Positions 14,589 to 29,227 of a DNA stretch of 64,000 nucleotides are shown in pieces. The position numbers were made by a program, and so were the translations under genes. This stretch comes from Octopus vulgaris. Taxonomy: Eukaryota. Numbering within the stretch: the first letter of the stretch is position 1; the number at the start of each line of letters is the position of its first letter. Where the stretch lies: the NCBI GenBank assembly GCA_951406725.2, contig OX597842.1, positions 9,052,001-9,116,000 of the forward strand, in the 5' to 3' direction. The notes below the pieces were generated by a model. The model was not told the DNA's origin. It saw only the letters and a list, made by a program, of their open reading frames with translations, and searched no databases.

Positions 14589-14676
14589 ATAGAATGGTTG
14601 TATACTGTCAATCTAACATGAACGTGACAGTAGGGGGTCACGTTCCTGTTAGGTTGACAGTATACAACCATTCTAT
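14589..14676. repeat. Isolated 40-bp hairpin with 8-nt loop
   Basis: atagaatggttgtatactgtcaatctaacatgaacgtgac / gtcacgttcctgttaggttgacagtatacaaccattctat, 2 mismatches. Confidence 0.88.
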
Positions 14677-14919
14677 ATATATATACATATAAACATGTGT
14701 ATGTATAAACATATATATATATACATATAAATATACATACATACACACACACAAATATATGTATGTATATACATATACACATATGTACATAACTACATGT
14801 GTATATATACATATATATATATATACATGTAGGTATGTATATATGTGTATATGTATATACATACACATATATATGTGTACACACTGATGTACATATATTT
14901 ATGCACTTATATATATATG

Positions 14920-14999
<80 letters not shown>

Positions 15000-15238
15000 T
15001 ATATATAAATATCTATATACATACACACACACACATATACATATATATACTTAAATATTTTCCATATACACGAATATATATGCACAAATATGTATATGTA
15101 AAAGATAATGGGAAAAGTTATACTGGCTGCTCTCCCTTGCATCTGAGGATGAAGAAATGTGGTGTGGTGTGGCATGATGGACTTGGAGTCACAGTATATA
15201 ACATTATACATCCTACATAACACTCTATCACACACACA

Positions 15239-15995
<757 letters not shown>

Positions 15996-16305
15996 GTCAG
16001 ATTCCAAATCAGCCTGTGTTGGTCTGCATTGGCAAGAGATATCATTTAGTAAAATTGATAAAAAGCCTATAGGGAACTTGCAGGGAGGAGTTGAAAGTTC
16101 AATGTTTCAGGCAGTGTCCTTCCTCAGGAGAAAAGTTGAAAGGTCTGAACATAAAATCATGTGGTTCGGAAGCAGGTTTCTTATTTCTTTATTGCCCACA
16201 AGGGGCTAAACATAGAGGGGACAAACAATGCAGACCGTCACAAGTCTCCTTGGATTTAACCATTATATATATATGTATATATATATATATATGTGTGTGA
16301 GTGTA

Positions 16306-16336
<31 letters not shown>

Positions 16337-16574
16337 GTATATATATGTGTATATATATATATATGTATATATATATGTGTATATAGATATGTGTATATAT
16401 ATATATATATCCATACATATATACACACATATATATATATACACACATACATGCATACATATGTACACAGATATATACTTATGTATATATATGCACATAC
16501 ATATATATATATACACACACACATAAATACAGACACACATTAATATATATACATGCACATGAATATATATATAC

Positions 16575-16605
<31 letters not shown>

Positions 16606-18062
16606 CACACACGCATATATAATCATATATATATATATATATATACATATGAATATATATTTATACATATACACACTTATGTGCATGTATATATATATAC
16701 ATAGTATTCCAGTATGCTTTGAGTAATGATGACTAAACTAAAAACCTAATGAACACATATACATACACATATATATATATCCACACATACAGACATACAC
16801 ACATGCATATAGATATACACATTCCATTAAAGCAACAACTGTGTTTACCTTTATTACTTTCCATCAAAGTCATTTACATTTCTTTACTAATCCTTCATAT
16901 TTACTTCAACACAATAATGCACTTATGTCTCATCAACATTTCAAAAGATTGTTGGCCTCGTCATCAGTATGAATATGTAGTTGTAATAGTGTCGTGTTCA
17001 TGTACCTTGTAGTCTCATATTTACTAATATTTTCTATCTTTTATTTGTTTCAGTCATTTGACTGTGACCATGCTGGGGCACCACCTTGAAGGGTTTTAGT
17101 CAAACAGATCAACCCCAGGACTTCTTTTTTTAAGCCTAGTACTTATGCTTATTTGTTTACTGCCCACAAGGGGCTGCACACAGAGGAGACAAACTAGGAC
17201 AGACAAAGGGATTAAGTCGATTATATCGACCCCAGTGTGTAACTGGTACTTATTTAATCGAACCTGAAAGGATGAAAGGCAAAGTCGACCTCAGCGAACT
17301 TTGAACTCAGAACGTTGCTTTAGTCCACTCAGCAGGCAAACATGAGTAATTCTGAGGGACTGGCATCCCGTCCAGGTGGAGAAGTTATACACCATGGAAA
17401 CCAGGAAATTGGTCCTTATGAGCTGACATGACATCTAACCCTAACCTCTCAGTTGAGGATTCTTTGTTTTTGTCTTGCTTTATCACTTGGTGACCCCACC
17501 AGTGCTGGTTCCATGAAAAAAGCACCCTGTACACTCTGTAAAGTGTTTGGCATTAGGAAGGGCATCCAACCATAAAAACAATGTCACCAGCATCAGGCAG
17601 GCCAGAATCCTTCATAGAGGTCCAATGTCTACTTTGGTATAGTTTCTACATTCCTAGCCACAACCATTTCATAGAATGCACTGGATACTTTGTTCATGAC
17701 ACCAGCACAACTTAGACCTGCTGACTAACTTGCGTGACAATGGAAAACCAGTATGTGGGAGCATAGTGGAAAGGGAGGCAACTTCATGCCAGGTGTTGGG
17801 TTGCTAAAGCAATCATTTCATTCTGATGATGAGGCCAAGAAGGACCGTGAAACGTTAAGGAACATAGGAAGGAAATATTTGTTCCAAATTACATGTAAAG
17901 AATTTGATAAAGAAGTAGGTGAAATATTTTTGATAAGAAGGACACAGTTGTCTCTTTAATACATGTTTGAAGGCAAAAGCTGTTTAGCTGTTCCTTATTT
18001 ACACAACTACACACACACATGCATATATATATATACACATATATATATACATATATATATAC

Positions 18063-18095
<33 letters not shown>

Positions 18096-18164
18096 CACAC
18101 ATACACATATATATATAAATATATATACACATATATACATCAATATACATATGTACATACATGC

Positions 18165-18195
<31 letters not shown>

Positions 18196-18303
18196 CATAC
18201 ATACATACACACACTCATATATATATATATATACATGTACTTATATACATCTATATATAAATATATACATATGTACAAGTTTATATATGTATATATGCAT
18301 GTG

Positions 18304-18341
<38 letters not shown>

Positions 18342-18511
18342 CATACACACACATATATATATGTACGTATGTATAAATGTATGCAAATATATGTATAAAT
18401 GTCTGTGTGCGAGTGTGTATATACACACACTCTCTCTCTCTCTCACACACACACTCACACATTTACATCCGCACCCACATGCATGCTAGTATAAAACACT
18501 GTTCTACTCAC

Positions 18512-18553
18512 CTGAAGTTTGATCTTTGTGCCATCAATGTCCACCACTTTGTT
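18512..18553 (-). CDS. RAB26/RAB37: Shared interswitch exon C: NKVVDIDGTKIKLQ
   Basis: 42 nt, phase 0/0; acceptor tttatacgCAG, donor GTGAGT; RabF2 KLQ; only one copy seen in the window. Confidence 0.93.
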
Positions 18554-19290
18554 CTGCGTATAAAAATAATGAAGGTACGTTAGGGAAGATGGCAACAGTG
18601 ATGATGATGCTGATAAGAAAGGGAGTGGGGAGAAAGGGAGAGGAGGAGGTAGAGGAGAGGTGGAGGAAGAAGAAGAGGAGGGGTAGAAGGAGGCGGAGGG
18701 ATAGAAGGAGGAAGAAGGGAAGAGGAGGAAGAGAAGGAAGAGAAGGAGGAAGTGGTGAAGGAAGTGGTGAAGGAAGAGGAAGGAGAGGAGTAGGGAGGGA
18801 GAAGAGAAGAAGGGAGAGGAGGAGGGATAGAAGGAGGAGGAGAGAGAGGAGGAAGAAGGGAAGAGGAGGAGGAGAAGGAGGAAGTGGTGAAGGAAGAGGA
18901 GGGAGATGAGGAGGGGGGAAGAGGAGGGGGGATAGGAGGAGGAGAGAGAGGAGGAGGAAGAAGGGAAGAGGAGGAAGAGAAGGAGGAAGTGGTGAAGGAA
19001 GAGGAGGGAGAGGAGTAGGGGAAGATGAGGAGGGATAGGAGGAGGAGAGAGAGGAGGAAGAAGGGAAGAGGAGGAAGAGAAGGCGGAAGTGGTGAAGGAA
19101 GAGGAGGAGTAGGGAGAGGAGGAGGAAGAGGAGGGACGGGAGGAGGAACAGAAAGAGGAGGCAGATGGAGAGGAGGAAGAGGAGGGAGGAGAAAGGAAAG
19201 AAAAAGAGAGAATAAGAAACAAAGGAGGAGGAGGATGAGACAAAGAATAACAGTAATAGTAATAATAATAATGATAAAATAATAATAATA

Positions 19291-20385
19291 ATGACACCTT
19301 TATCTGACATGCTAAACAGAACTGGATGTGGATACAACCGTTACGGCAAAACAATCAGCCGCCTCTTATATATGGATGATCTAAAACTGTATGCTGCAAA
19401 TAATAAACAGCTGGAAACACTACTACAGATAGTACATGGATTTACCAAAGAAATAAACATGAAATTTGGTTTAGAAAAACGTGTCAAAGCTACCTGGAAA
19501 AGAGGAAAACTAGTTAAGAGTAACAACATCAAACAAGATAAAGCAAATAAAATAAGAGAATTAGACCAAAGCTAGACATACAAATACTTAGGAATCAATG
19601 CACTACATATGGTATAATACACACAAATAAAAGAGAAGATAATACTATAGATGAGTTAGATTAATACTGAAAACAGCTCAATGTGAAAAACAAGATAATA
19701 GGTATCAACACTCTAGCTGTCCCAGTTATAAGTTACAGCTACAATATGTCAGAGATCACCAAGAAAAAATGCTTTCTAACTGTTGTATCAATACTAACAG
19801 ATGGCAATGAAACAGAAACTTTCAAAATACAAAGATCTGGAAATAGAGGTAACTCGAATGTGGAATCTAAAAACAGAAACAATTCCTATCATAATAGGCA
19901 CATTAGGCATGATAAAAAAATATTCAGACAAATACATAACCAAAACACCAGGACTAACAAGTATATACAACAAAAAGAAAATTGCACTACTTGGCACTGC
20001 ACACATCCTACACCAGTGCTTTTCAAACTTTTTGATCCTACACCAGTGCTTTTCAAACTTTTTGCTGGAGTGGAATCCCAAGGAAACATTCCACTGGCTC
20101 GAGGAACCCCTGTGCAATAATTTAATAGTCTTATGCACACATATCTGCACAGGAGAATTAAAAATTACTGCCGATTTTAGCAGTTTTGTAACCCCTGGAC
20201 TGTACTGGCAGAACCCTAAGGATCCGAGGAACCCTGGTTGAAAACCACTGTCCTACACAAAACACTTTCAATACAATGAAAATAAGAGCATCACAACAAA
20301 CCAAAGCACATAGCCAAGGCACACAGAGCTAAGCCTTGGTAGTGCAGTGAAAGCTTGTGATAACAATAAGACTACAGAATAATAA
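19291..20385 (+). mobile_element. Degenerate R4/Dong-like non-LTR retrotransposon 3' part (RT and restriction-like endonuclease), flanked by (AAT)n
   Basis: LLYMDDLKLYA; KLSKYKDLEIEVTRMW...PIIIGTLG; internal deletions and frameshifts. Confidence 0.8.
20044..20250. mobile_element. hAT-like MITE inserted into the R4-like LINE
   Basis: TIRs cagtgcttttcaa / ttgaaaaccactg; 8-bp TSD tcctacac (20036-20043, 20251-20258). Confidence 0.85.
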
Positions 20386-20422
20386 TATTAATAAATTAAT
20401 AATAATAATAATAATAATAATA

Positions 20423-20977
20423 ATGTCCTGATGCAGTACCAGGCAGTGGCTCTCATGGCTTCTGATCTTAACTGATTGGAAGTGTTATCATGTACATTGT
20501 TTTGTCTTGGTATAAAAGATGGGCTACAGCAAATATCTGCTCAATACCACAGATTTGCTTGTCAGTTGTTTGACCTTAACCAGTTGAGCATGTCCCTTAG
20601 TGGCTGACGATATGTGCATCTCTGATCACGAGCAGAAGTAGTGGGGGAGCATCATAGCCGTGTATTGAGAGGGATTCTTTGGGGTTTGAATAATTCACCT
20701 CTGGAAACATGGGTGGTTCTTTCAACATCCTTAAACAACCCTTATTCAGGGACCTTTTGAGCGGGATGGGCTACTCAACCTGAAGAAAATTCTAACTGGG
20801 CCCCACCTGCAAGGTCATGTGCTGTTTATCTTGATATGAGATCACCATGTCGCGCACATATGTTTGTGATGCATGTGCCTGGTGTACCCTTATTAGAGGG
20901 GTAGTCATGATGGGTATACTGGGCTTCATATATTTTACCCCAGTGTCACTTTGATGGCATGCACTGCTCTCTCACTC

Positions 20978-20978
<1 letters not shown>
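20423..20978 (+). repeat. About 555-bp interspersed repeat flanked by (AAT)n (copies 40065-40598, 52383-52940, partial 21040-21343)
   Basis: High identity between copies; all end cactgctctctcactc(aat)n. Confidence 0.85.
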
Positions 20979-21013
<35 letters not shown>

Positions 21014-21365
21014 GATGATGATGATCATCATCATCATGATCATGAGCAGAAGTAGTGGGGGAGCATCACAGCCGTGAGTTGAAAGGAATTCTTGGAGGTT
21101 TGGATAATTCACCTATCGAAACATGGGTGTTTCGTTCAACATCCTTAAACAACCCTTACTCGACCAGAAGAAAATTCTAACTGGGTCCCACCTGCAAGGT
21201 CATGCGCTGTTTGTCTTGATATGAGATCACCATGTCGTGCACATATGGTTGTGATGCACGTGCCTGGTGTACCCTTATCAGACTGGGCTTCGTATTATTT
21301 CACCCCAATGTCACTTTGATGGTATGCACTGCTCTCTCACTCAATAATAATAATAATAATAATAA

Positions 21366-21396
<31 letters not shown>

Positions 21397-21503
21397 GAGG
21401 AGGAGGAGGAGGAGGAGGAGGAGGAAGGAAGAGGAGGAAGGAGGAGGAGGAGGAGGAGGAGGAAGAAGAAGAAGAAGAAGAAGAAGAAGAAGAAGAGCAA
21501 CAG

Positions 21504-21540
<37 letters not shown>

Positions 21541-21759
21541 AATAGCTAAACCATGAGTCAATCCAGAAGGCTGATGATCATGCCTTTGATCTGTGTATTG
21601 ATCAGGAATATATTGATTCTGATCTGAGATATAAGGGTAGAAGGCCTAACAGAGTTTTATTTCTTGAAGATGGGGTGGGGTGGTGGGGTAAGATATTTGA
21701 TCGAATCTACCCTGGTACTATCAACCAAACACTAACCATAGCTGATATGACTAATATGA

Positions 21760-22585
21760 TGTACATTAGATAATGTAGTCCTAGATATACTATGTCTGAA
21801 TAAAAGATGGGATGGTCACAACTGGAGCGTCTTTGATCATAGGTCTGCTGAATCAGGGCTAACCTGGAGTTAAACAACATTAACAGCTACTAATGTTAAA
21901 TACTAAACTGTACATTCAGTACTATAGTCCTTGGTATACTATGTCAGAATAAAAGATGGGATGGTCACAGCTGGAACATCTTTGATCATAAGTTTGTCTG
22001 AATCAAGACAACCCTGGGTCTAAACAAGTACAACTATAACCGCTAATACTACTATACTATACATTACATAATGTAGTCCTAGATACACTATGTTCCGATA
22101 TGAGATGAGATGGTCACAGAAGGAACGTCTTTGATCATAAGTTTGTTGGATGATGATTGACCTGTGGCTAAACAACAACTTCAAAAGATTAAAAACACAT
22201 CAGATAATGTAGTCCTAGATACACTGTGTCTGAATAAAAGATGGGATGGTCACAGCCGGAATGTCTTTGATTATCTGTCAATTGGAAGAAAACTGACCTA
22301 GGGCTAAACAACAACTTCAAAAGATTAAAAACACATCAGATAATATAGTCCCAGATACACTATGTCTGAATAAAAGAGTGGATGGTCACAGCCGGAATGT
22401 CTTTGATTATCTGTCAATTGGAAGAAAACTGACCTAGGGCTAAACAACAACTTCAAAAGATTAAAAACACATCATATAATATAGTCTCAGATACACTATG
22501 TCTGAATAAAAGAGTGGATGGTCACAGCAGGAACGTCTTTGATCATAGGTCTGCTGGATCAGGACTGGCCTGGGGCTAAACAGCA
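21760..22585. repeat. Tandem repeat, about 120-135-bp unit, about 6 copies
   Basis: Recurring agatacactatgtctgaataaaagatgggatggtcaca...taaacaac. Confidence 0.88.
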
Positions 22586-22664
22586 ACAGCTACAGCTTCT
22601 AATACTAACTACTCTGGGTTATATAATATGATATTATTTTCAGTATACTGTACTGTCCTGTACA

Positions 22665-23444
22665 TACGAGGTGGTATCAAAAGGTTGCTGGACTGGTTAT
22701 GTTAAATAAAAAATAACTTGTTTACCTCAGTGTTATTGGGTTGTCTGGAAAGTTCGTGCCGATTTATAGTAGCTTACCTTTCGACTTATTTTTTGAACAT
22801 AGTTGAGTCAATAAAACAGGATTTGAATACACCTCCATTTAGAGCACAGTTTAAGCTATCTTTTCGTGGAAGAAGGTTTATGTTCCTATAACCTGTGTTA
22901 ATTCTGTAACCTTTTGAAATGGAAGATAAGAAAGTTCATTTTCGGCACTTGATGTTTAGGGGAAAATGCCTCACAAGCAACCAAAGAAATATGCGCAGTT
23001 TACGGTGATGTTTCTTTATCTGAAAGAACTGTACGAAAGTGGTTCACAAGGTTCCGAGCTGGAGATTGTAGCCTTATTGATAAAGAGTGATCAGGCAGAC
23101 TATCCACTACAGATGATGACCAAATCAAGTCATTAATTGAGAATAACCCACATTGCACAATCCGAGAATTAGCAGAAAGCCTCAACCTATCAAAACCTGT
23201 CGTTCATGAGCAACTGGTAAAGTTTGGGTATACAAATCGCTACAATGTTTGGGTACCACATGAGTTGAGTGAGAAGAACCTTTTGGATTGCATTTCCATC
23301 TGTGATTCGCTTTATAAAGTAAACACAGTGATGTCATCATGCCTCATGAAGGTCACTGCTAGATCTCACTGTGCACGCAACCATGTACTGCCATCTGCTG
23401 GTGCATTACAGAACTAGTCTGGTCACTTTTTGATAACACCTCGT
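22665..23444 (+). mobile_element. Tc1/mariner non-autonomous element containing a second mariner 5' fragment (about 22734-23320)
   Basis: TIRs acgaggtggtatcaaaa / ttttgataacacctcgt; internal LSERTVRKWFTRFRAGD..L.D...SGR transposase HTH remnant. Confidence 0.72.
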
Positions 23445-24189
23445 TTTGGCTGTGAATATTTTACTGCATGTTTATAATCATTGTTAAGCAATTTGTTAAA
23501 ATTTTGCCAAGCCTGACTTTGCATTTCATCCTTGTCGATAAATTAAATACCAGTGAAATATTGGGGTCAATGTAATTGACTATCTCCCCTCTCCACCAAA
23601 AACTTCAAGCATTGTGCCTTTCATAGAAAGGTTTATTGTTATTATTATCGTTATTATTTTCATCATTATTAAGGCAGTGAGCTGGCAGAATCGTTAGCAC
23701 ACTGGGCAAAATGCTTAGCAGTATTTCGTCTGTCTTTACGTTCTGAGTTCAAATTCTGCTGAGGTCGACTTTGCCTTTCATCCTTTCAGGGTCAATAAAT
23801 AAAGTACCAATTTCGCACTGTGATCAATCTAACTGACTAACCCCTCCCCCAAAATTTCAGGCATTTTGTCTGTCGTTACGTTCTGAGTTTAAATTTTGCC
23901 GAGGTTGACTTTACCTTCCATCATTTCGGGGTCGTTAAAATAAGTACCAGTTGAGCCCTGGGGTCGATATAATCAACTAACCTCCTCCTGCCAAATTTCA
24001 GGCCTTGTGCCTATAGTAGAAAGGAGGATCATCATCATCATCATCATTATCATCATCGTTATCATCATCATCATCATTATCATCATCATCATCATCGTCA
24101 TCATCGTCATCATCATCATTGTTATCATCATCGTCATCGTCATCATCATCATCATCATCGTCATCATCATCATCGTCATCATCATCATT

Positions 24190-24222
<33 letters not shown>

Positions 24223-24288
24223 GTTATCATCGTCATCATCATCATCGTTATCATCATCGTCATCGTCATCATCATCATCATCATCGTT

Positions 24289-24347
<59 letters not shown>

Positions 24348-24469
24348 TATTATTATTATTATTATTTTAAAAATAAAATATGGTCCGTTGTCTTCTGCTG
24401 AACCGGGGGTCATCCCTGGACCCTAGGGTCACAGCAGGTCCTCATCTCATGGGGAGTACACGGCGTAAA

Positions 24470-24835
24470 ATGTGTGCGGAACCTAGCAACACTATTTTCT
24501 GAAAGCTCTCCCACGTTAACACTGAAAGGGAGTTTGTTGAGCTGCTTATCAAGACCCTTTTTAATTAGCCCTAATGCTCCAATCACCACTGATGCTGTGC
24601 TGCTTTCATTCCCTACGTCTTCGTCACTTCTATTTCTAGGTCTTTGTACTTAAATAACTTCTCAACTTCTTTAATGGACTCATTTCTCTCCAATGGTACT
24701 GTCACATCCATCATTAAGCATTTCTTATTCTTTCCCATCTTTGATGATTATGTCTGGCCTGTTTGCCTTGATTTCTTTATCGGTGTTGATTGGCATGTCC
24801 CAGAGTACTGTTACATCATCTTTTCTGATCACAGT
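24470..24835 (-). mobile_element. Older restriction-like endonuclease LINE fragment
   Basis: WDMPINTDKEIKANRPDIIIKD...EKVEKLFKYKDLEIEV on the minus strand. Confidence 0.6.
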
Positions 24836-25728
24836 TTATTATTATTATTATTATTATATGGTGCTCCAGTATGATACCAGTCGAATGGCTGAAAGAAATA
24901 AAAGAATTACATACACACACATACACACACAAACATACAAGGATCAACTTTGCCTTTCATCCTTTGAGGGTCAATAAATTCAGTACCAGTTGAGTGCTGG
25001 GGTTGATGCAGTTGACTAACCTCACCTCACCAGAAATTACTGGCCTTGTGCCAAAATTCAAAATTTAAAAAGCCTTGTGAGTGGAAACTGAAAGAAGCCC
25101 ATCATATATTTGTATATGTGTGTGTGTGTGTGTGTGTTTGTGTGGCTGTGTTTGTCCCCCTAGCATTGCTTGACAACCGATGCTGGTGTGTTTATGTCCC
25201 CATCACTTAGCAGTTCGGCAAAAGAGACTGATAGAATAAGTACTAGGCTTACAAAGAATAAGTCCTGGGGTCAATTTACTTGACTAAAGGCGGTGCTCCA
25301 GCATGGCCACAGTCACATGACTGAAACGAGTAAAAGAGTATACATAGGCACTTTTTAATATATATATATATACATACAAAGGCACTTTCTAATATATATA
25401 CAAAAATAGGCACTTTTTAATATATATATATATACATACATAGGCACTTTTTAATATATATACATACCATAGGCACTTTTTGATCTCCTTGTGTCTAACA
25501 CACGTGGACATGCCTACAAAGTCAGAAAACAACACAGCTCCCATGACTTTCGGAAACATTTTTTCACGCTCAGAGTTGCTGAAGCATGGAATAAACTGCC
25601 TGCGTCAGTTGTTGACTGCCATGACACTGCATCCTTTAAGGCCCTCACGCTTTCCGAAATCCGCCGAAACTACACCTGATTATACATACACTTTAGATGA
25701 GTTGTAGTGCACCTGAGCACTGTACACA

Positions 25729-25782
<54 letters not shown>

Positions 25783-27075
25783 ATATATACAAGGTGCATA
25801 AGGTATTTTAGAAAATACCTTCTTTGGATCATTGCTGAACTTTTTTTTACTAACACTGTTTAATCTTTGTTTCAGAAAATAATAATGGCAGACTCTCAGC
25901 TTACTCAAGAAATGGAGAGGCATGCTGTTATTGTGGTTGTAAAGGCTGAGCATAGTGATTTAGAAATATCTCGATTTTTAAAAGCTGCCAGATCTCTTTT
26001 GTCTACAAAGTTTGTAAGGAGCCAAAGACTGAAGATGGAAATGTATCCCCAATATCAAAGCATAAAAAGCATTCTAAGCACTCTGAAATCATCAGAAAAC
26101 TTGTGGAAGACAGAGGTTTTACTTAGCTTGACGTATCTTTAACTCCGAGTACCTTGTCATTTCCTCAGTGAGGCCCAATGATCAAAGATCCTTTCTCACC
26201 ACTTTGTCCCACTTCTTCCTGCATCTACCCCTTCCACAGGCTCCCTCCACAATCAGAACTTGGCACATTTTTCTTCCCTACACTTCACATGACCAAACCG
26301 TTGCAGTCTTCTCTCTTATTTATTTACTACCCACAAGGGGCTAAACACAGAGGGGACAAACAAGGACAGACAAACAGATTAAGTTGATTATATCAACCCC
26401 AGTGCATAACTAGTACTTATTTAATGGACCCCAAAAGGATGAAAGGCAAAGTTGACAGACGAAATACTTATTTCTTTACTACCCACAAGGGGCTAAACAC
26501 AGAGGGGACAAACAAACAAATTAAGTCAATTATATCGACCCCAGTGCATAACTGGTATTTATTTAATCAGCGTGCTAACGTTTCTGCCAGCTCACTGACT
26601 TAGTAAGCGTCAATATTCTTTTCTTATTTCTTTATTGCCCACAAAGGGCTAAACTTAGAGGGGACAAACAAGGTCAGAGAAAGGGATTAAGTCAATTACA
26701 TCAACCCCAGTACATAACTGGTAATTAATTTCTCGACCCCGAAAGGATGAAAGGCAAAGTCGACATCGGCGGAATTTGAACTCAGAACATAGCGGCAGAC
26801 GAAATACCGCTAAGCATTTCGCCCGTCGTGCTAACAATTCTGCCAGCTCGCCACCTTGCAGTCTTCTCTCTTGCACACATCTGATGCCTCTTATACCCAG
26901 TTTTCCTCTTAAAACATTTACACTCTGTGTGCACACTGAGATTACCCATGTAGCGGAGCAAGCTGGTTTCATTTCTTTGAAGCCTTCACATGTCAAGCCC
27001 ATGTTTCACTGCCATGTAGCATAGCTATATGTACACAGGTTTCATACAGTCTGCCTTTCACTTTAAGGGTGAGGG

Positions 27076-27632
27076 TCGCCTGGCATTGCTCAGATTTGTT
27101 TTGACCCTTTAGAATTGGAATTTTTGAAAAGTAAAAATTTTGCATTATGTAGCTTGTTATTCTCTTTAAGTGAACATTTTTCTGGTTGAAATACACCGAA
27201 AAATGGCGACACAGCAGTAAAAATATTGTAAAAAATAGGGATTTTCATAGAAAAAAAGCACCTTTTTGATGTAAATAATTTTTGGTGTTAGCATGGTCTG
27301 ATTTGAATTTATTCTTCTACAGAAGGAAGAGCAAGCCTTCTTCTATCATACTCTCAATTTTGGTCAACTTGCGCTACAGGGTCTCGGAGGAGATAGTGTT
27401 AGTTGAAGGCTACCAAACCTGCCATACACAGACAACTTCAGCTTCATATATAGAGTGACTAGCAGTATCGCCCGGCGTTGCTTGGGTTTGTTTCGACCCT
27501 TTAGAATTGGAATTTTTGAAAAGTAAAAAATTTGCATTATGTAGCTTGTTATTCTCTTTAAGTGAACATTTTTCTGGTTGAAATACACCGAAAAATGATG
27601 ACACAGCAGTCAAAAAATTGTAAAAATAGGGA
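27076..27632 (-). mobile_element. Two tandem partial non-autonomous Helitron copies
   Basis: Same ctagcagtatcgcccggcgttgc terminus (27459) as 57370; 27090-27243 duplicated at 27486-27632. Confidence 0.65.
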
Positions 27633-27763
27633 TGCACGCACACATATACACAGACATGCACACACACACACATACACATGCATACACACACACACACATA
27701 CACACACAAACAGACAAAACCACATACCCATATCCTTAAACACGAGTGTATCTCCATACTTAC

Positions 27764-27874
27764 CCTGAAGTCAATCCCTACGGTCGATATAAACGACCCC
27801 GAGAGGAAGGTGCCATCTTTAAACTGAACCAACAAGCATGTCTTGCCTACTCCGCTGTCTCCTAACAACATCAC
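27764..27874 (-). CDS. RAB26: Alternative P-loop/switch-I exon B: [37 protein letters not shown]
   Basis: 111 nt, phase 0/0; acceptor ttgctttcCAG (27875-27877), donor GTAAGT (27763-27758); canonical Rab26/37 sequence. Confidence 0.95.
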
Positions 27875-28371
27875 CTGGAAAGCAAGGGCAGATAACCGCA
27901 GCGTACAGTGGAGTATACAGTGATGATGGGTTAGTGTAGAACAGAAAAGTTGCCTGTGAATGTGTCCACTCTCAGAGCTTCATTTTTCTTGTTTTTTTTT
28001 ACTATTCTACTAAAATATATACACCCTCTGCATTGTCTAGCTCTATGTTGAGCTGTGTCCACTCCCTGGCTATTGTACTGTTACTACAACAGCCTCTGCC
28101 CTTCAATACTACTACTACTACTGCTGCTGTTTCTACTGCTACTGCTGCTGCTGCTACTACTACAACTACACTATTACTACTACTGTGGCTGCTACTACTA
28201 CAACTACACTATTACAACTACTGTGGTTGCTACTACTACAACTACACTATTACTACTACTGTGGCTGCTACTACTACTGCTGCTGCTACTACTGCTGCTG
28301 CTGCTACTACTCCTACTACTGCTACTAGCATCACCATCACTTCCATTATTACCACTATGGTCACCTCCATG

Positions 28372-28412
<41 letters not shown>

Positions 28413-28931
28413 AGTTTGTACTCTTTTGATGTAAAATATTCCACTTGATCTGCTAAACAGACGAAACCATGTCTCCCTTCTGTTATTTATACTTACAGTA
28501 CATCCCCTATTCTAATCTGAAATTGTTCCCCTCCCCTCCATAAACCCATAGTTTGACTGTGTCCACTCTTTGTCAACATCCTACTACAACATCTTCTGCT
28601 CCGTTTAAAATACCAATGCTTCATTAGTATTCTGTCTTACTGAAAATAGCTACTCTAACCATGCATATTCACATATATATACATACATGTATGTATATAT
28701 ATCAATCTCTCTCTATATATATATATATACATATATACATATATACATACATATGTATATATATATATGAAAAGTACATAGTGTTTTTACTTATTATATT
28801 ATATATTTATCATTCATTTTATACTTTTTGAGATTTAAAAAAAATTTATATATATATATTATTTATTATTTATGTTTTGGTCTATGTCTATCACTGTTTG
28901 AGTTGCATAATATTGGTTTTATCTCTAATTC

Positions 28932-28970
<39 letters not shown>

Positions 28971-29062
28971 CTCAAATTTACAGAAAAGAAAAGATGAAGG
29001 CAGGTGTAGGAGCAACAAGCAGGTGTATTAATTTAATGCTCAGGGAAAAATAAGGAAAATTT

Positions 29063-29098
29063 TTTTGACATTTCAAGCCTATGCTCTTTGTCAGAAAA
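29063..29098 (-). ncRNA. Decayed minimal hammerhead motif in a short interspersed repeat (relatives near 75-110 and 38578-38612)
   Basis: tttt-CTGACAA-a-gagc(atag)gctt-GAAATGTC-aaaa; differs from CTGACGA...gctcGAAACGTC only at CpG positions. Confidence 0.4.
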
Positions 29099-29187
29099 GG
29101 ATTAAGAGGGAAAGAATGGAGAGAGAATGAAAATAACGGAGAGAGAGAAAAAAAACGTGCAGAGTTCAATGGTCCAACATGGCAAGA

Positions 29188-29225
<38 letters not shown>

Positions 29226-29227
<2 letters not shown>

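Noticed and set aside
15124-15142. Possible 19-nt microexon (cag|ATGCAAGGGAGAGCAGCCA|gtataa)
   Set aside because: Weak donor, frame-disrupting, no homology.
17821-17858. CTGATGA...GAAACGTT motif (similar at 16097-16130, minus)
   Set aside because: Stems I and II too degenerate to call; possibly decayed relics.
18478-18483. TGCATG (Rbfox) motif after exon C
   Set aside because: The hexamer is common in the surrounding CA/TA repeats, so it is not informative.
21760-22585. CRISPR-like regular repeats
   Set aside because: Whole units are repeated without unique spacers; eukaryotic context with no cas genes.
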